From NCBI GenBank assembly GCA_041666915.1, contig JBAYFZ010000001.1:354508-418507 (forward strand): a DNA stretch of 64,000 nucleotides, given 5' to 3'. The position numbers and the translations under genes were made by a program. The DNA comes from Minisyncoccota bacterium (GTDB taxonomy: Bacteria > Patescibacteriota > Minisyncoccia > Phycocordibacterales > PALSA-1337). The notes beneath the pieces are model-generated. The model was not told where the DNA came from, made no database searches, and saw only the letters and a program-made list of their open reading frames with translations. Each line of letters starts with the position of its first letter. The first letter of the stretch is position 1. Of the stretch, positions 1 to 10,160 are shown piece after piece.

Positions 1-363
1 ATCCTTCATTAGAGAAGTTAAAGGCTCTTCGTGTGTTGATGCCAAACCTGCTTCACTACCATTCTTGAGTTTGGTCTTGAACCAATTGTCTACAACAGCA
101 TCATCCCAACGATTTGTAGCTTCCCAAGTTTTTTTATCTTGCAAAGCAGTGAGATGAACTTCTTGTCCACCGATAGCATTCATTTCTTCACGAATAATAC
201 CGATAATTTTATTTAATGTTCTAAGTCCCAATGGCAAAAAAGAATATACTCCAGCCATTTCTTTGTTGATGAATCCAGCTCTGATGAGCAACTTGGCATT
301 CTTGGAGACTTCATCTTTTGGAGCTTCACGACGAGTCTTTGTAAATAAGTTTGATTGTTTCAT
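1..363 (-). CDS. proS: prolyl-tRNA synthetase, N-terminal part (gene continues past window start)
   Basis: Minus-strand translation from the ATG at 361-363 gives MKQSNLFTKTRREAPKDEVSKNAKLLIRAGFINKEMAGVYSFLPLGLRTLNKIIGIIREEMNAIGGQEV..., a typical class II ProRS N-terminus. It is absent from the ORF track because the window edge truncates it. Confidence 0.8.
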   Translation of the reverse strand, partial: MKQSNLFTKTRREAPKDEVSKNAKLLIRAGFINKEMAGVYSFLPLGLRTLNKIIGIIREEMNAIGGQEVHLTALQDKKTWEATNRWDDAVVDNWFKTKLKNGSEAGLASTHEEPLTSLMKD

Positions 364-384
364 TTTATTATTATAACTCACTGT

Positions 385-484
385 GTCATTCCCGCGAAGG
401 CGGGAATCCAGGATTATTACGGATAAATAGTTATCGCTAACCCAATGGTAACACACTGGATTCCCGCCTTCGCGGGAATGACAA
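385..484. repeat. MITE/REP-like palindromic element copy 1 (terminal inverted repeats GTCATTCCCGCGAAGGCGGGAATCCAGGAT ... ATCCTGGATTCCCGCCTTCGCGGGAATGAC)
   Basis: Near-perfect inverted termini flank a ~40 bp AT-rich core, in the intergenic gap between proS and rseP. Confidence 0.8.
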
Positions 485-489
485 CAAAA

Positions 490-1626
490 TTATTTAAACA
501 TCTTAGCAATATCTTTATAAGTTACAACTACCATAAGTATCATAAGGAGAACAAAACCGACAGCATTGACCGCATTGGAATACTTCGGCGGTAGTCTGCG
601 TCTGATAACCCCTTCAATAATAACAAATAAGACTCTTCCGCCATCCAAAGCTGGAAAAGGAATGAGGTTAATAACTCCAAGATTAATGGAGATCAAAGCT
701 GTGATCATAAGTAGATAAGTAAAACCTAGTTCAGCAGCACCGCCCACTATGCCAGCAATACCAATAGGACCAGAAACGTCTGAGAAATTTGCATCACCTT
801 TGAAAATATTTGCAATAAAATTATAAAGACCAACGGCAGTATCACGAATCATTATGAGAGTATAGTGAGCACCTTCATAAATCGCAGAGAAGAAAGAAAG
901 TTTTATATCAACGACACCACTCATGGCAATACCGATAGCATATTTATCTTTTACAATTCCAGCGATTGGTTCTATGGTAGTAGTCGCGAGATTATTGGCA
1001 CGCTTGTAAGTCATGAGAACTGGAGTTCCCTTGCTTGAATTTATTACATCTTGAATACTAGTTATAGAAGAATTTGAAAATGGTTCATCAGATACGACCA
1101 TGCTAGAAAAACTTTCTCCATTACTTCCCTTTATGTCACCGATGACATCTCCAACTTTCAAACCAGCTTTTTCTGCTGGAGAACCGGGAGATACGAGAGT
1201 TATCATTACTCTTTCATTCTTGAAATCAGAAGAATATCTTTCAAAACCTTGAGGATCTGCAGTCACACCAGAAATAAAAACTATAATGTAAAGAACCCAA
1301 GCAAAAATAAAATTAAATAAAACACCAGCAACCAAAACCATAATCTGTTGCCAACCTTTTTTATTAACAAAACTCCTATCTTTATCAGAACCACTAATAG
1401 ATTCCTCATCAGGATTTTCTCCATGAATCTTCACGTAACCACCAAAAGGAATAAGGTTTAGACCATATTTCGTCTCCTTTTTTCCCCAAGACAGAATCCT
1501 TGGACCAAAACCAATCTTGAATTCATCAACCCTGATACCGTTCCATCTAGCAAAAAGGAAATGTCCGAGTTCGTGGACGAAGATGAGGACTGCGAGGACG
1601 AGGAGGAAGATTATGGCGGTTAGCAT
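490..1626 (-). CDS. rseP: RIP site-2 zinc metalloprotease (RseP family) with PDZ domain
   Basis: HELGH zinc motif at the N-terminus, multiple TM segments, a central PDZ-like region and a C-terminal LDGG motif. Confidence 0.85.
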   Translation of the reverse strand: MLTAIIFLLVLAVLIFVHELGHFLFARWNGIRVDEFKIGFGPRILSWGKKETKYGLNLIPFGGYVKIHGENPDEESISGSDKDRSFVNKKGWQQIMVLVAGVLFNFIFAWVLYIIVFISGVTADPQGFERYSSDFKNERVMITLVSPGSPAEKAGLKVGDVIGDIKGSNGESFSSMVVSDEPFSNSSITSIQDVINSSKGTPVLMTYKRANNLATTTIEPIAGIVKDKYAIGIAMSGVVDIKLSFFSAIYEGAHYTLIMIRDTAVGLYNFIANIFKGDANFSDVSGPIGIAGIVGGAAELGFTYLLMITALISINLGVINLIPFPALDGGRVLFVIIEGVIRRRLPPKYSNAVNAVGFVLLMILMVVVTYKDIAKMFK

Positions 1627-1668
1627 AGAGAAATGAATTTCTAATTTTTAATTACTAATTTCTTGCGT

Positions 1669-1793
1669 TGTCATTCCCGCGAAGGCGGGAATCCATGTTT
1701 ACCACATGGTGAATTAATTATTTGTTCGTAATAATCCTGGATTCACCGGTCCATACGACATGATTTTGCTAAATCACCTTCGCGGGAATGACA
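1669..1793. repeat. MITE/REP-like palindromic element copy 2 (right terminus degenerate)
   Basis: The left terminus GTCATTCCCGCGAAGGCGGGAATCCA is intact; the right terminus is partly eroded (CACCTTCGCGGGAATGACA). It shares the flanking motif CTAATTTTTAATTACTAATTTCTTGCGTT with copies 4 and 6. Confidence 0.7.
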
Positions 1794-1801
1794 CAGTACA
1801 A

Positions 1802-2353
1802 TTATCCCAACACTTCCTTCTCTTTTCTATTAAAATGTTCCTCCAACTTTTTATTGAGATCATCAACCAATTTTTGAGTATCGCCTTTCAAACGGAAGAT
1901 TTCATCTTTACCATAACCACCGTCTTTTTCCTTGGCTTGCAAATCCTTGATAATAGTATCGCGATGACCACGAACTTGTTTCTTGGCTTCTTCAAGCTTG
2001 TCCTTGGCCAACTTGGCAACATCTTTACGACGATCTGCCGTGAGCTCTGGGAACATGGCACGGAGACCTTGATCATCTACAACTACTGAAACTCCTAGAT
2101 TGGCGACAGTAATAGCCTTTTCAATATCCTTCGTCTGACCTTTTTCCCAAGGAGAAATACGCAACGTCCTTGCGCCTTCAATAGTGACACTAGCCAACTC
2201 CTTTATACTCATAGGAGCACCGTAAATCTCTACCCTGACTCCATCTAGAATCTGAGGCGATGCTTGACCAGTACGAATCTGAGTAAATTCTTTCTTGAGC
2301 CATTCTTCGGTATTGGCGAGCTGTTTTTTGAACGGATTGAAATCGTAGGCCAT
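1802..2353 (-). CDS. frr: ribosome recycling factor
   Basis: 183 aa; IRTGQASPQILDGVRVEIYG...LASVTIEG...DRRKD pattern typical of Frr. Confidence 0.9.
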   Translation of the reverse strand: MAYDFNPFKKQLANTEEWLKKEFTQIRTGQASPQILDGVRVEIYGAPMSIKELASVTIEGARTLRISPWEKGQTKDIEKAITVANLGVSVVVDDQGLRAMFPELTADRRKDVAKLAKDKLEEAKKQVRGHRDTIIKDLQAKEKDGGYGKDEIFRLKGDTQKLVDDLNKKLEEHFNRKEKEVLG

Positions 2354-2448
2354 AGGTTTAATGATTAATTGATAGTAATTGCATTATAGCATATATCACT
2401 ATTCACTAAATAACTACAACTTTGCACTTTGCATTTTTCACTTTGCAC

Positions 2449-3156
2449 TTAGATATTCAATGCCACATATTCCAATAACATCTTCAACGAAGGCGATCTA
2501 TCACTGACATATTTCCTAGCTGTCTCTGTAGCAATCAAAGATTCCAAATTCCCTGCCACACCTTTTTTCTTATAGACTTCTTCTTGAATTGCATTAAGGA
2601 AATTTATAGCATGTTGCTTGGTCTTTTTTTCTTTTGTTATTTCATCCAAAAGATTTTTGACCATTTCCAATCGCTTGGCAGGATTGAGACTGACAAACTT
2701 CTTTGCGTCAGCAGTGACTTCAGAATCATTACCGGAATTCCCTCCACTCTTTCCACCTTTTCCCTGAATCATTTCAACAAATGAAAGACGCGACTTGACC
2801 GTCGGTAAAAGTAGATGAGACCCCGGGATTATGAGGAAAAAATGAGCATACTCAGCAGGCTCTTCTAATAATTTGAGTAAAGCATTTTGAGCTTCAACAT
2901 TTATATTGTCAGCGGTAATAATAAAAATTTTTTTACCCTCATTTTGTATTGGTCGCATTTCGTGAGCCAATTTCAATTCGCGAGCATCGTCAATAGTAAA
3001 ATTCTCATATCTTTTTTGAAACAAATCAGAATTGCCATGAATTGGTATGGAGTGCTCTTCATTCAAGATAACTACGAGCTGATCCCTGACAGAATCTCCA
3101 CCTATCAAACAATACGCGTGATGAGAAAGTGATTTTATAGAAAAAGAAGGAGACAT
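2449..3156 (-). CDS. holB: DNA polymerase III delta-prime subunit-like clamp-loader protein
   Basis: AQNALLKLLEEP box and TVKSR sensor motif; AAA+ clamp-loader fold; the Walker A region looks weak. Confidence 0.65.
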   Translation of the reverse strand: MSPSFSIKSLSHHAYCLIGGDSVRDQLVVILNEEHSIPIHGNSDLFQKRYENFTIDDARELKLAHEMRPIQNEGKKIFIITADNINVEAQNALLKLLEEPAEYAHFFLIIPGSHLLLPTVKSRLSFVEMIQGKGGKSGGNSGNDSEVTADAKKFVSLNPAKRLEMVKNLLDEITKEKKTKQHAINFLNAIQEEVYKKKGVAGNLESLIATETARKYVSDRSPSLKMLLEYVALNI

Positions 3157-3195
3157 GGGGGTATTATAGCAGAATCAAGGTGCGACCTTGATAAA

Positions 3196-4209
3196 CTACC
3201 TCTTTGAAATCATCGCCTTTTTGTAGACATCCAAATGATCTAGAGCAATGCCAGTTCCCTTCACAACACAAAGCAAAGGCTCATCAGCCAACTGGGCTTT
3301 GACACCAGTGCGACGAAAGACAAGTTCAGGAAGGTTGCGTAACATAGAGGAACCGCCAGTCATTGTAATACCTTGATCAATGATGTCTGATGCCAATTCT
3401 GGAGGAGTCTCTTGAAGAACATCGCGAACAGCCTTGATCATTTCTCGTAAAGGTGTTGCTAGAGCTTTGACTATCTCATTAGTTTTGATCTCAACTGAAC
3501 GTGGTAAACCAGAAATATAATCACGTCCTTTTACCATCATAGAAAGTTCTTGATCTAGAGGCACAGCTGAGCCAATAGTAATTTTTATAATTTCTGCCAT
3601 GTGGTCACCAATAGCAAGATTGAAAGTCTTTTTAATATAATCGGTAATAGCAACATCCATCTTATTACCAGCACATTTGACTGAAGTTGAAGCGACGATG
3701 CCTCCAAGAGAAATAACAGCAACATCGGTAGTACCACCACCAATATCTACAACCATATGACCTTTTGCTTCTTGGATCGGTATGCCAGCACCGATAGCAG
3801 CCAAAACTGGTTCCTTTACAACATAAGCATTCTTGGCACCAGCACGGATGGCGGCTTCTATGACAGCGCGTCTCTCGGTGGAACTGATACTAGCCGGAAC
3901 AGAGACGATCACATCTGGTCTAAATAAAGAAAATTTTCCAAGAGATTTATCAATAAAATATCGCAACATTGCTTCAGTTATGTGGTAATCGGCAATGACT
4001 CCATCTCTCATTGGCCTATAAGCGATGATGTCGTCTGGAGTTCTACCGATCATTTCTTTGGCTTCATTGCCAACTGCCAAAACTCTTTTGTCTATCTGAG
4101 AAACAGCGACTACCGAAGGTTCGTTCATGACTATGCCTTTACCAGGCAAAAAGACCAAAGTATTAGCCGTACCTAGATCAATTCCCAATTTCGGAGAAAA
4201 AATACTCAT
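3196..4209 (-). CDS. mreB: rod shape-determining actin homolog MreB
   Basis: GIDLGTANTLV phosphate-1 motif, DIGGGTTD phosphate-2 motif, 337 aa. Confidence 0.9.
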   Translation of the reverse strand: MSIFSPKLGIDLGTANTLVFLPGKGIVMNEPSVVAVSQIDKRVLAVGNEAKEMIGRTPDDIIAYRPMRDGVIADYHITEAMLRYFIDKSLGKFSLFRPDVIVSVPASISSTERRAVIEAAIRAGAKNAYVVKEPVLAAIGAGIPIQEAKGHMVVDIGGGTTDVAVISLGGIVASTSVKCAGNKMDVAITDYIKKTFNLAIGDHMAEIIKITIGSAVPLDQELSMMVKGRDYISGLPRSVEIKTNEIVKALATPLREMIKAVRDVLQETPPELASDIIDQGITMTGGSSMLRNLPELVFRRTGVKAQLADEPLLCVVKGTGIALDHLDVYKKAMISKR

Positions 4210-4270
4210 AGGGCTGATGTTAGCACAAAATAAATTTCCCGCTAGGTCGGACCTAGCGGGAAATGAGATG

Positions 4271-4960
4271 TTAATTTACAAGTACGGCTGATAAGGAATT
4301 TCTTCCATACCAACTTCTTTTGACTTCGCGAAGACCTGAACTCCAAGTAGAATCAGACCACCACAACACAAGGACATGACTTAGACCTTCTGGACTACGA
4401 AGGATAGTTCCATCAAAAGTTATAAGTGTAACTTCATCATTAGTTTCTTTTTTCCATTGAGATGGAATAAATTGCTGATTCTCTAAAAGAGTTTGGAGGA
4501 TTTTAATATCAAGACAAATATAATTATATTTCTTAAGACGATAAAACCTAGCATTACCCCTAATGACGTTTCCATCTACTAACACTAATTTAACCTTACT
4601 AACGTCAATTTCCTTTAAAACTATCGAGTGAGAATTTTGTTCTTCTTCACCATCTAGACCATCGCCGTCCAGCGGACCTTTCCAGATGGTCCACCCTTTT
4701 TGGGTGTAATACGTAGATCCAGACTTAACAGAAAATCTATTGGGATCAAATGGTTTAGAACGATCAATAGTGAGAATTCTCGGCTCAACAAAAGGAAGTC
4801 TGGCGCCATTATTGAGGAAATCGGTAAACTGTTTCGCCGCTTCAACCGAATTACGAATTAGCTGTTCCTGCAGATTAGCTCTTTCAAATTGAACCTTAGT
4901 CCAATCTACATTTGTCGCCAACGTAGCCATTATCTGATGAGACTGTTTAGTCGTCGTCAT
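4271..4960 (-). CDS. hypothetical protein
   Basis: 229-aa ORF between murA and mreB on the same strand; no recognisable motif. Confidence 0.4.
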   Translation of the reverse strand: MTTTKQSHQIMATLATNVDWTKVQFERANLQEQLIRNSVEAAKQFTDFLNNGARLPFVEPRILTIDRSKPFDPNRFSVKSGSTYYTQKGWTIWKGPLDGDGLDGEEEQNSHSIVLKEIDVSKVKLVLVDGNVIRGNARFYRLKKYNYICLDIKILQTLLENQQFIPSQWKKETNDEVTLITFDGTILRSPEGLSHVLVLWWSDSTWSSGLREVKRSWYGRNSLSAVLVN

Positions 4961-5098
4961 ATTTTTCTCTTTCTAATTCTATTACGTTTCTCCTTCAACG
5001 ATAGAAGGGTTTCGGTAATATTTCAAAGAACTACTTTGATAACAAAAATTTACATCTTAAATAAGATGCTGTCAACCTGATGTCACACATCCGGAAAA

Positions 5099-6436
5099 TT
5101 ACCTTCTAATATCCGCCCCCAAAGCTTTCAACTTCTCTTCCAACTTTTCGTATCCTCTATCTATAAGATGAATATTATTGACCTTAAATTTACCTTCACC
5201 AACGAGAGCGGCGAGCACGACAGCAAAGCCAGCACGAATATCGTGAGCATTTAATTCCTCATCATCTGGCAGTTGGCGAAGTAGCGTAGGACCTTTTACC
5301 AAAATTTCTCTTGGGTTCATAGAAATAATGTTTGCACCCATATTGATCAAATCCTCAACATATTTGAATCGTCCTTCAAAAATAGTTTCCAAGACACCAC
5401 TCTCTCCTGAAACTTGAGTGAGATATGTAACCATCTGAGCTTGTAAGTCTGTAGGAAAACCGGGGTATTCTTGAGTCTTAACATTGAAAGGTTTGAAGGT
5501 AGAATTTTTCGCATAATTATTATAAATAATAATTTCTCCAACCTTTCCATCTTTACCAACCGTGGTTTTTATAGGCACACCAGAATCTTTCAAAACAGAA
5601 ATGACTGACTCCAAATGTTCAGGGCAACAATTTTTTATGACCAAATCCTTTGCACACAAAGCTCCAAGAATTAGGAAACTACCAGCTTCAATACGATCTG
5701 GAATAGTAACGAAAGGTTTTTTTGGAGAAAGGAGTTTGCCGGCAGTTCCCTCTATCTCTAGAGTAGAAGTACCTATTCCTTTTATATTAGCACCGCATTC
5801 ATTGAGCCACATAGCGACATTGCCTATCTCTGGCTCCATGGCACAATTTTTCAGAACAGTTTTGCCTTTTGCCAAAACGGCGGTCATCATCAAAGTCTCG
5901 GTAGCACCGACAGAAATCTTTTCAAAGAATATTTCTGTACCATTCAAAGACTTGGTCGTCTTCATATCATAGAGACAATTGGAATCATTGAGCGTCACAC
6001 TTGCACCCATCTTCTCATAACCACTAGTGAAGAGGTCAATAGGTCTTGCACCGATGACACAACCACCCGGTGCTGGAAAAGTTACTTTATGAAAACGGGC
6101 GAGTAGTGGTCCAGTGAGAACAACTGAAGCTCGCATGGTCTTTGCTAGGCCAATGTCTATATCGGTAGATTTGAAGTTTGAAGCGTCAATCAAAAGAGTC
6201 TTGCTTCCGCTATCACCCTGCCAAGAAACAGAAGCTCCGAGTTTCTTCAAGACTTCGGTCATTGTATGGATATCGTCAGTATTTGGAATGTTATTCAAGA
6301 CAACTGGACCATCGAAAAGTACCGATGCCACCATTGCTTTCAAGGCAGAATTCTTGGCGCCGTTTATTTCCACGGTGCCGTTGAGCTTTTTCTCCCCCGC
6401 CAGCCCTTCTATGATAAAAGATTCTTTTGTATTCAT
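5099..6436 (-). CDS. murA: UDP-N-acetylglucosamine 1-carboxyvinyltransferase
   Basis: 445 aa; EPSP-synthase-like fold; N-terminal IEGLAGEKKLNGTVEINGAKNSALK is typical of MurA. Confidence 0.9.
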   Translation of the reverse strand: MNTKESFIIEGLAGEKKLNGTVEINGAKNSALKAMVASVLFDGPVVLNNIPNTDDIHTMTEVLKKLGASVSWQGDSGSKTLLIDASNFKSTDIDIGLAKTMRASVVLTGPLLARFHKVTFPAPGGCVIGARPIDLFTSGYEKMGASVTLNDSNCLYDMKTTKSLNGTEIFFEKISVGATETLMMTAVLAKGKTVLKNCAMEPEIGNVAMWLNECGANIKGIGTSTLEIEGTAGKLLSPKKPFVTIPDRIEAGSFLILGALCAKDLVIKNCCPEHLESVISVLKDSGVPIKTTVGKDGKVGEIIIYNNYAKNSTFKPFNVKTQEYPGFPTDLQAQMVTYLTQVSGESGVLETIFEGRFKYVEDLINMGANIISMNPREILVKGPTLLRQLPDDEELNAHDIRAGFAVVLAALVGEGKFKVNNIHLIDRGYEKLEEKLKALGADIRR

Positions 6437-6490
6437 GCCCTGCTATTCTAAACTTTTTATGAGTATTTCACAAATTGAATAATTAATTAA

Positions 6491-6529
6491 CCAACAAAAA
6501 ATCTCGCACACCCAATGAGTATGCGAGAT
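6491..6529 (-). terminator. rho-independent terminator (minus strand) for the gene ending at 6571
   Basis: The minus strand reads ATCTCGCATACTCATTGGGTGTGCGAGAT followed by TTTTTTGTTGG. Confidence 0.6.
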
Positions 6530-6570
6530 GAGACCAAGAGCCAAAGTGTCCAAGTTTCCAAGGACACACC

Positions 6571-7254
6571 CTAGATACAAGTACCCAAGGACTTAGAGAC
6601 CTTTTTACGAACGCCGAGGAAGCGGCAGGAGGCAAGCCAGTCAAAGTCCCACCAACCGAGGTAGAGGACGCGCCTGGAATCATCCTCGCTGAGGCACGGA
6701 ACGCGGCGGTGGCCATCGACCAAGCCAACGGAGCCCAGACCAACAATCGAAAGCTTTCGATGTTTTTTGGGATTATATTTCCCATACACAAGTAGATGCT
6801 CAATATTCGCAGGTTGCCAAGGATTAACCGTATCGTCGGCTCTAATACCATTAACAGCATCTTCCGACGAGATTGTTAGATCGAAGTGGAATATTTTAAA
6901 TTCCCACTCATCCGCACCAGTACTCTTGATAGGAAAATTTTCCTTCGTAATATTAGAATTGACTGGGTAGTAATCACCAGCCTTGATCATCTCTTCAAGA
7001 GACAAAGTGCAATCCACAACATAAGTCACGATTATATCTTTAACAGCCTGAATCGTATCAGCCACCCAACAAGGTTCCTTACGAAGGAACTTTTTGAGCA
7101 TTTCCCACCAGGTATCCGCCTCCTTACTTTTCAACTTCGCAAGGAGGTCTTTCAGGACACGAATCTCATGCTGAGATTCAGTATTCACGATCTGGTCGAG
7201 CTTCTCGAGCAGATAGTTTAACAACGTACCATTGAGTATGATTTTCATAGTCAA
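6571..7254 (-). CDS. hypothetical protein
   Basis: 227-aa ORF; the 3' ~170 nt has noticeably higher GC than the rest of the gene; no family recognised. Confidence 0.4.
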   Translation of the reverse strand: MTMKIILNGTLLNYLLEKLDQIVNTESQHEIRVLKDLLAKLKSKEADTWWEMLKKFLRKEPCWVADTIQAVKDIIVTYVVDCTLSLEEMIKAGDYYPVNSNITKENFPIKSTGADEWEFKIFHFDLTISSEDAVNGIRADDTVNPWQPANIEHLLVYGKYNPKKHRKLSIVGLGSVGLVDGHRRVPCLSEDDSRRVLYLGWWDFDWLASCRFLGVRKKVSKSLGTCI

Positions 7255-7413
7255 CTTCCTTTCTTACCGACTCATAACAAGTCAGCTTTTTGTTTATGTT
7301 TTTGTTCGCAAATAGGTTGTAAAAGAACCCTATAATTGCTCATACAAGTATATACCATATTACGGTGTTTGTCAATAGTAATAATGAGAGACAACCCATG
7401 CTATAAATAACCC

Positions 7414-9435
7414 ATGAACATCATCACCGTCATCCCACTATCACGTTCCAAGATAGCTGATGAGCTTCTATATTTCACTTCCTCAGATGTCCCAGTAGGT
7501 GCTATTGTCTCCGTACCATTACAGAGAAAAAGCATTTTCGCTATTGTCATCAAATCCGAACTAGGTGAAAAATTGAAAACCGACATCAAGAGAGCTTCCT
7601 TTGAGATTCGCAAAGTAGATAAGATAAAAGCAACCGCATTCTTCCCTGTTTCTTTCATAGAATCATGTAAGATTTTGGCAGAATATTATGCTACGACAGC
7701 AGGAGCTATCATAGACACAATGGTTTCTGATCTCATATTAGAAAACGCAAACAAGATCGCTCCGCCATTACCATCACAACCTAGCTTCTCTATTCCAGCC
7801 GACAAAGAGCAAAAAACATTCCAAAAAGGAAATGAGAAAATTTTGGCAGTGCAAGGTGATGATCCAGATAGGATGAGTTCATGGCGCAGTCTCATCAGAC
7901 AAGAATTTGCTTTGAAAAAATCAATCGCTATATACGCACCAACTATTGAAGATTGCGAACGAGTATTTTCTGCAGTTGAAAAAGGTATTGAGGGTTACAT
8001 CTTCAAACTTCATAGTGGTCTAACGAAAAAGAATGTTGCTGATACTTGGAAAGCTATAGCTGAAACCGAGCATCCCGTCGTCATCGTTTCAACTGGTTCA
8101 TTTTCTATTTTGCCACGCAGTGATATACGAACTGTGATCATAGAAAAAGAAAATGGTCGTGGTTGGATATCACAAAAAGCTCCATATCTAGATATTCGTC
8201 ACGCTCTTTCCATCATCGCCAAAGGAAACAAGCAGATAGTCTATTTAGCTGACAGTATGTTGCGCATAGAAACATTACACGCTGTGGAAAATGAAAGAAT
8301 AGAAGAAGGTTCACCTTTCAAATGGCGTTCCATTTCTTCTGCTAGAGATATTCTAATAGATATGAGACCCCTTCCGTCAAATTCAAAACAAATAAGAAAT
8401 CCAAATCTCTCAACCGATTCAACTTTCTCCACTAACATAGATTCAAGCGATTCTAATTCTTCAACGAAAGCACCCGAACCCCGATTCAAAATTCTTTCCA
8501 CAGAATTGGAAGCTCTCATCAGACAAAATACCGAAGAAAATACCCAGCTCTTCATTTTCGCTGTACGCCGAGGTCTTGCTCCTCTCACTATCTGTGATGA
8601 TTGTGGGAATATTGTAATGTGCAGACAATGCAAAGCAACCGTCGTACTACACACCTCACCAGAAACTGGTAAAAACTTCTTTATGTGTCACATTTGCGGA
8701 GACAGGAGAAGTGCTGATGAAAATTGTACATTCTGCGACAGTTGGCGTCTCACACCACTCGGTATTGGTATAGATAGAGTATATGAACAGATCAAAGCTG
8801 TTTTTCCAGATGTTGATATTATAAAAATAGATGCGGATTCAACCAAAACTGACAAACAAGTTCGCGAAGCTTTGGAAAAATTCAAATCAAAACCCGGCAA
8901 TATTCTTCTAGGTACCGAGATGGCTATGCAAAATTATAATGATAAAGTTGACCACGTCGCTGTCGTCTCTCTGGATTCCCTTTTTAGTCTGCCAGATTTT
9001 CGCATCCAAGAAAAAATAATGTATACCCTAGTTCGTCTACGTGCCCAAGCAACACGCTCTATATTAGTCCAAACTCGCAAGTCTGAACAAAAAGTTTTTG
9101 AATTTGGTCTGAAAGGAAATCTAAGTGACTTTTACAGAGCGACTTTGGAAGAACGTAAACAGTTTGAATATCCTCCTTTTTCTATACTCGTAAAGATCAC
9201 GATTGAAGGCAAGAAAGATGCTATCGCCAACGCCATGGCCGATGTTGCCAAATTCCTAGAACCCCATGAGATAGACATTTTCCCCGCTTTCACTTCAACT
9301 GTTCGTGGTAAATCTATCATTCACGGACTCGTGAAGATCGCTTCACATGCTTGGCCAGATCATGAATTAGCAAAAAAACTCAGGTCATTGCCACCAAATG
9401 TAGCGGTTAAAGTTAATCCTGAGAGTTTGTTATAA
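7414..9435 (+). CDS. priA: primosomal protein N' (PriA)-like, helicase Walker A apparently degenerate
   Basis: LHSGLTKKNVADTW...VVIVSTGSFSILP block typical of PriA motif III and a C-terminal Cys4 zinc ribbon (CDDCGN...CRQC...CHICGD...CTFC). No GxGKT Walker A is found where it is expected. Confidence 0.6.
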   Translation: MNIITVIPLSRSKIADELLYFTSSDVPVGAIVSVPLQRKSIFAIVIKSELGEKLKTDIKRASFEIRKVDKIKATAFFPVSFIESCKILAEYYATTAGAIIDTMVSDLILENANKIAPPLPSQPSFSIPADKEQKTFQKGNEKILAVQGDDPDRMSSWRSLIRQEFALKKSIAIYAPTIEDCERVFSAVEKGIEGYIFKLHSGLTKKNVADTWKAIAETEHPVVIVSTGSFSILPRSDIRTVIIEKENGRGWISQKAPYLDIRHALSIIAKGNKQIVYLADSMLRIETLHAVENERIEEGSPFKWRSISSARDILIDMRPLPSNSKQIRNPNLSTDSTFSTNIDSSDSNSSTKAPEPRFKILSTELEALIRQNTEENTQLFIFAVRRGLAPLTICDDCGNIVMCRQCKATVVLHTSPETGKNFFMCHICGDRRSADENCTFCDSWRLTPLGIGIDRVYEQIKAVFPDVDIIKIDADSTKTDKQVREALEKFKSKPGNILLGTEMAMQNYNDKVDHVAVVSLDSLFSLPDFRIQEKIMYTLVRLRAQATRSILVQTRKSEQKVFEFGLKGNLSDFYRATLEERKQFEYPPFSILVKITIEGKKDAIANAMADVAKFLEPHEIDIFPAFTSTVRGKSIIHGLVKIASHAWPDHELAKKLRSLPPNVAVKVNPESLL

Positions 9436-9483
9436 TTCAAAACCTCATTTTGCAATCTATCATTTCTCTGTTATAGTTTCCCA

Positions 9484-10017
9484 ATGAAAGACATCGTCCA
9501 AAGAGACAACCCAGTCTTACGAGAAACGGCAAAGAATGTGCCTTTGGCTGATATTGGCGGAGAAAAAATCGCTCAAATTATAAAGAATATGAGTGCCTCT
9601 ATGGCATTACAAAAAGATGGTGTCGCTATCGCTGCCCCACAGATAGGTGTAAATCTCCGAATATTCGTTGTCTCTGGCAAACTACTCAAAGAAGCTGATA
9701 AGTCATTCAAAGGTGACGGCGTTACCGACCTAGTCTTCATCAATCCTGAAATAATAAAACTCTCCAAAGAAAAGAAAGATGTTGAAGAAGGTTGCCTATC
9801 AGTCCGTTGGTTGTATGGCAAAGTCCGTAGAGCTGTCCGCACCACCATCACCGCCTACAATGAAAAAGGAGAAAAGATAGAGCGTGGTGCCAGTGGAGTT
9901 TTGGCTCAAGTGTTCCAACACGAGATTGACCATTTGAATGGAGTTCTCTTTATAGATAAAGCAAAGGAAGTTTGGGAGATGACGGAGGAGGAGATAGCAG
10001 AGATGCAGAGGAAGTAA
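9484..10017 (+). CDS. def: peptide deformylase
   Basis: GVAIAAPQIG, EGCLS and QHEIDHLNG motifs. Confidence 0.9.
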   Translation: MKDIVQRDNPVLRETAKNVPLADIGGEKIAQIIKNMSASMALQKDGVAIAAPQIGVNLRIFVVSGKLLKEADKSFKGDGVTDLVFINPEIIKLSKEKKDVEEGCLSVRWLYGKVRRAVRTTITAYNEKGEKIERGASGVLAQVFQHEIDHLNGVLFIDKAKEVWEMTEEEIAEMQRK

Positions 10018-10023
10018 GGACAT

Positions 10024-10160
10024 GTTGTCATTCCCGCTTTTTATGTCATTCCCGCGAAGGCGGGAATCCAGGATAATACCACAATAAATAGCATGTATTT
10101 AAAAACCATTTAACAAACTTTCCATTCGTAATAATCCTGGATTCCCGCCTTCGCGGGAAT
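10024..10160. repeat. MITE/REP-like palindromic element copy 3, inserted between def and fmt
   Basis: Both inverted termini are present, plus an extra partial left terminus (GTCATTCCCGCTTTTTATGTCATTCCCGCGAAGG). The right terminus abuts or overlaps the annotated fmt start. Confidence 0.8.

Noticed and set aside
1760-2089. 109-aa plus-strand ORF opposite frr, and similar antisense ORFs (2584-2784, 2887-3132, 3982-4176, 5562-5972, 6114-6482, 8241-8654, 9573-9851, 25886-26110, 46109-46363, 60518-61003, 61310-61879)
   Set aside because: They are embedded antisense to well-supported conserved genes, have low-complexity composition and no RBS, and are typical shadow ORFs of AT-rich DNA.
6483-6860. 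125-aa ORF overlapping the 3' end of the 6571-7254 gene and the terminator
   Set aside because: It is out of frame with the longer ORF, spans the terminator hairpin and has no start context; treated as spurious. The GC-rich 6570-6740 segment is more simply the C-terminal coding region of the 227-aa gene.
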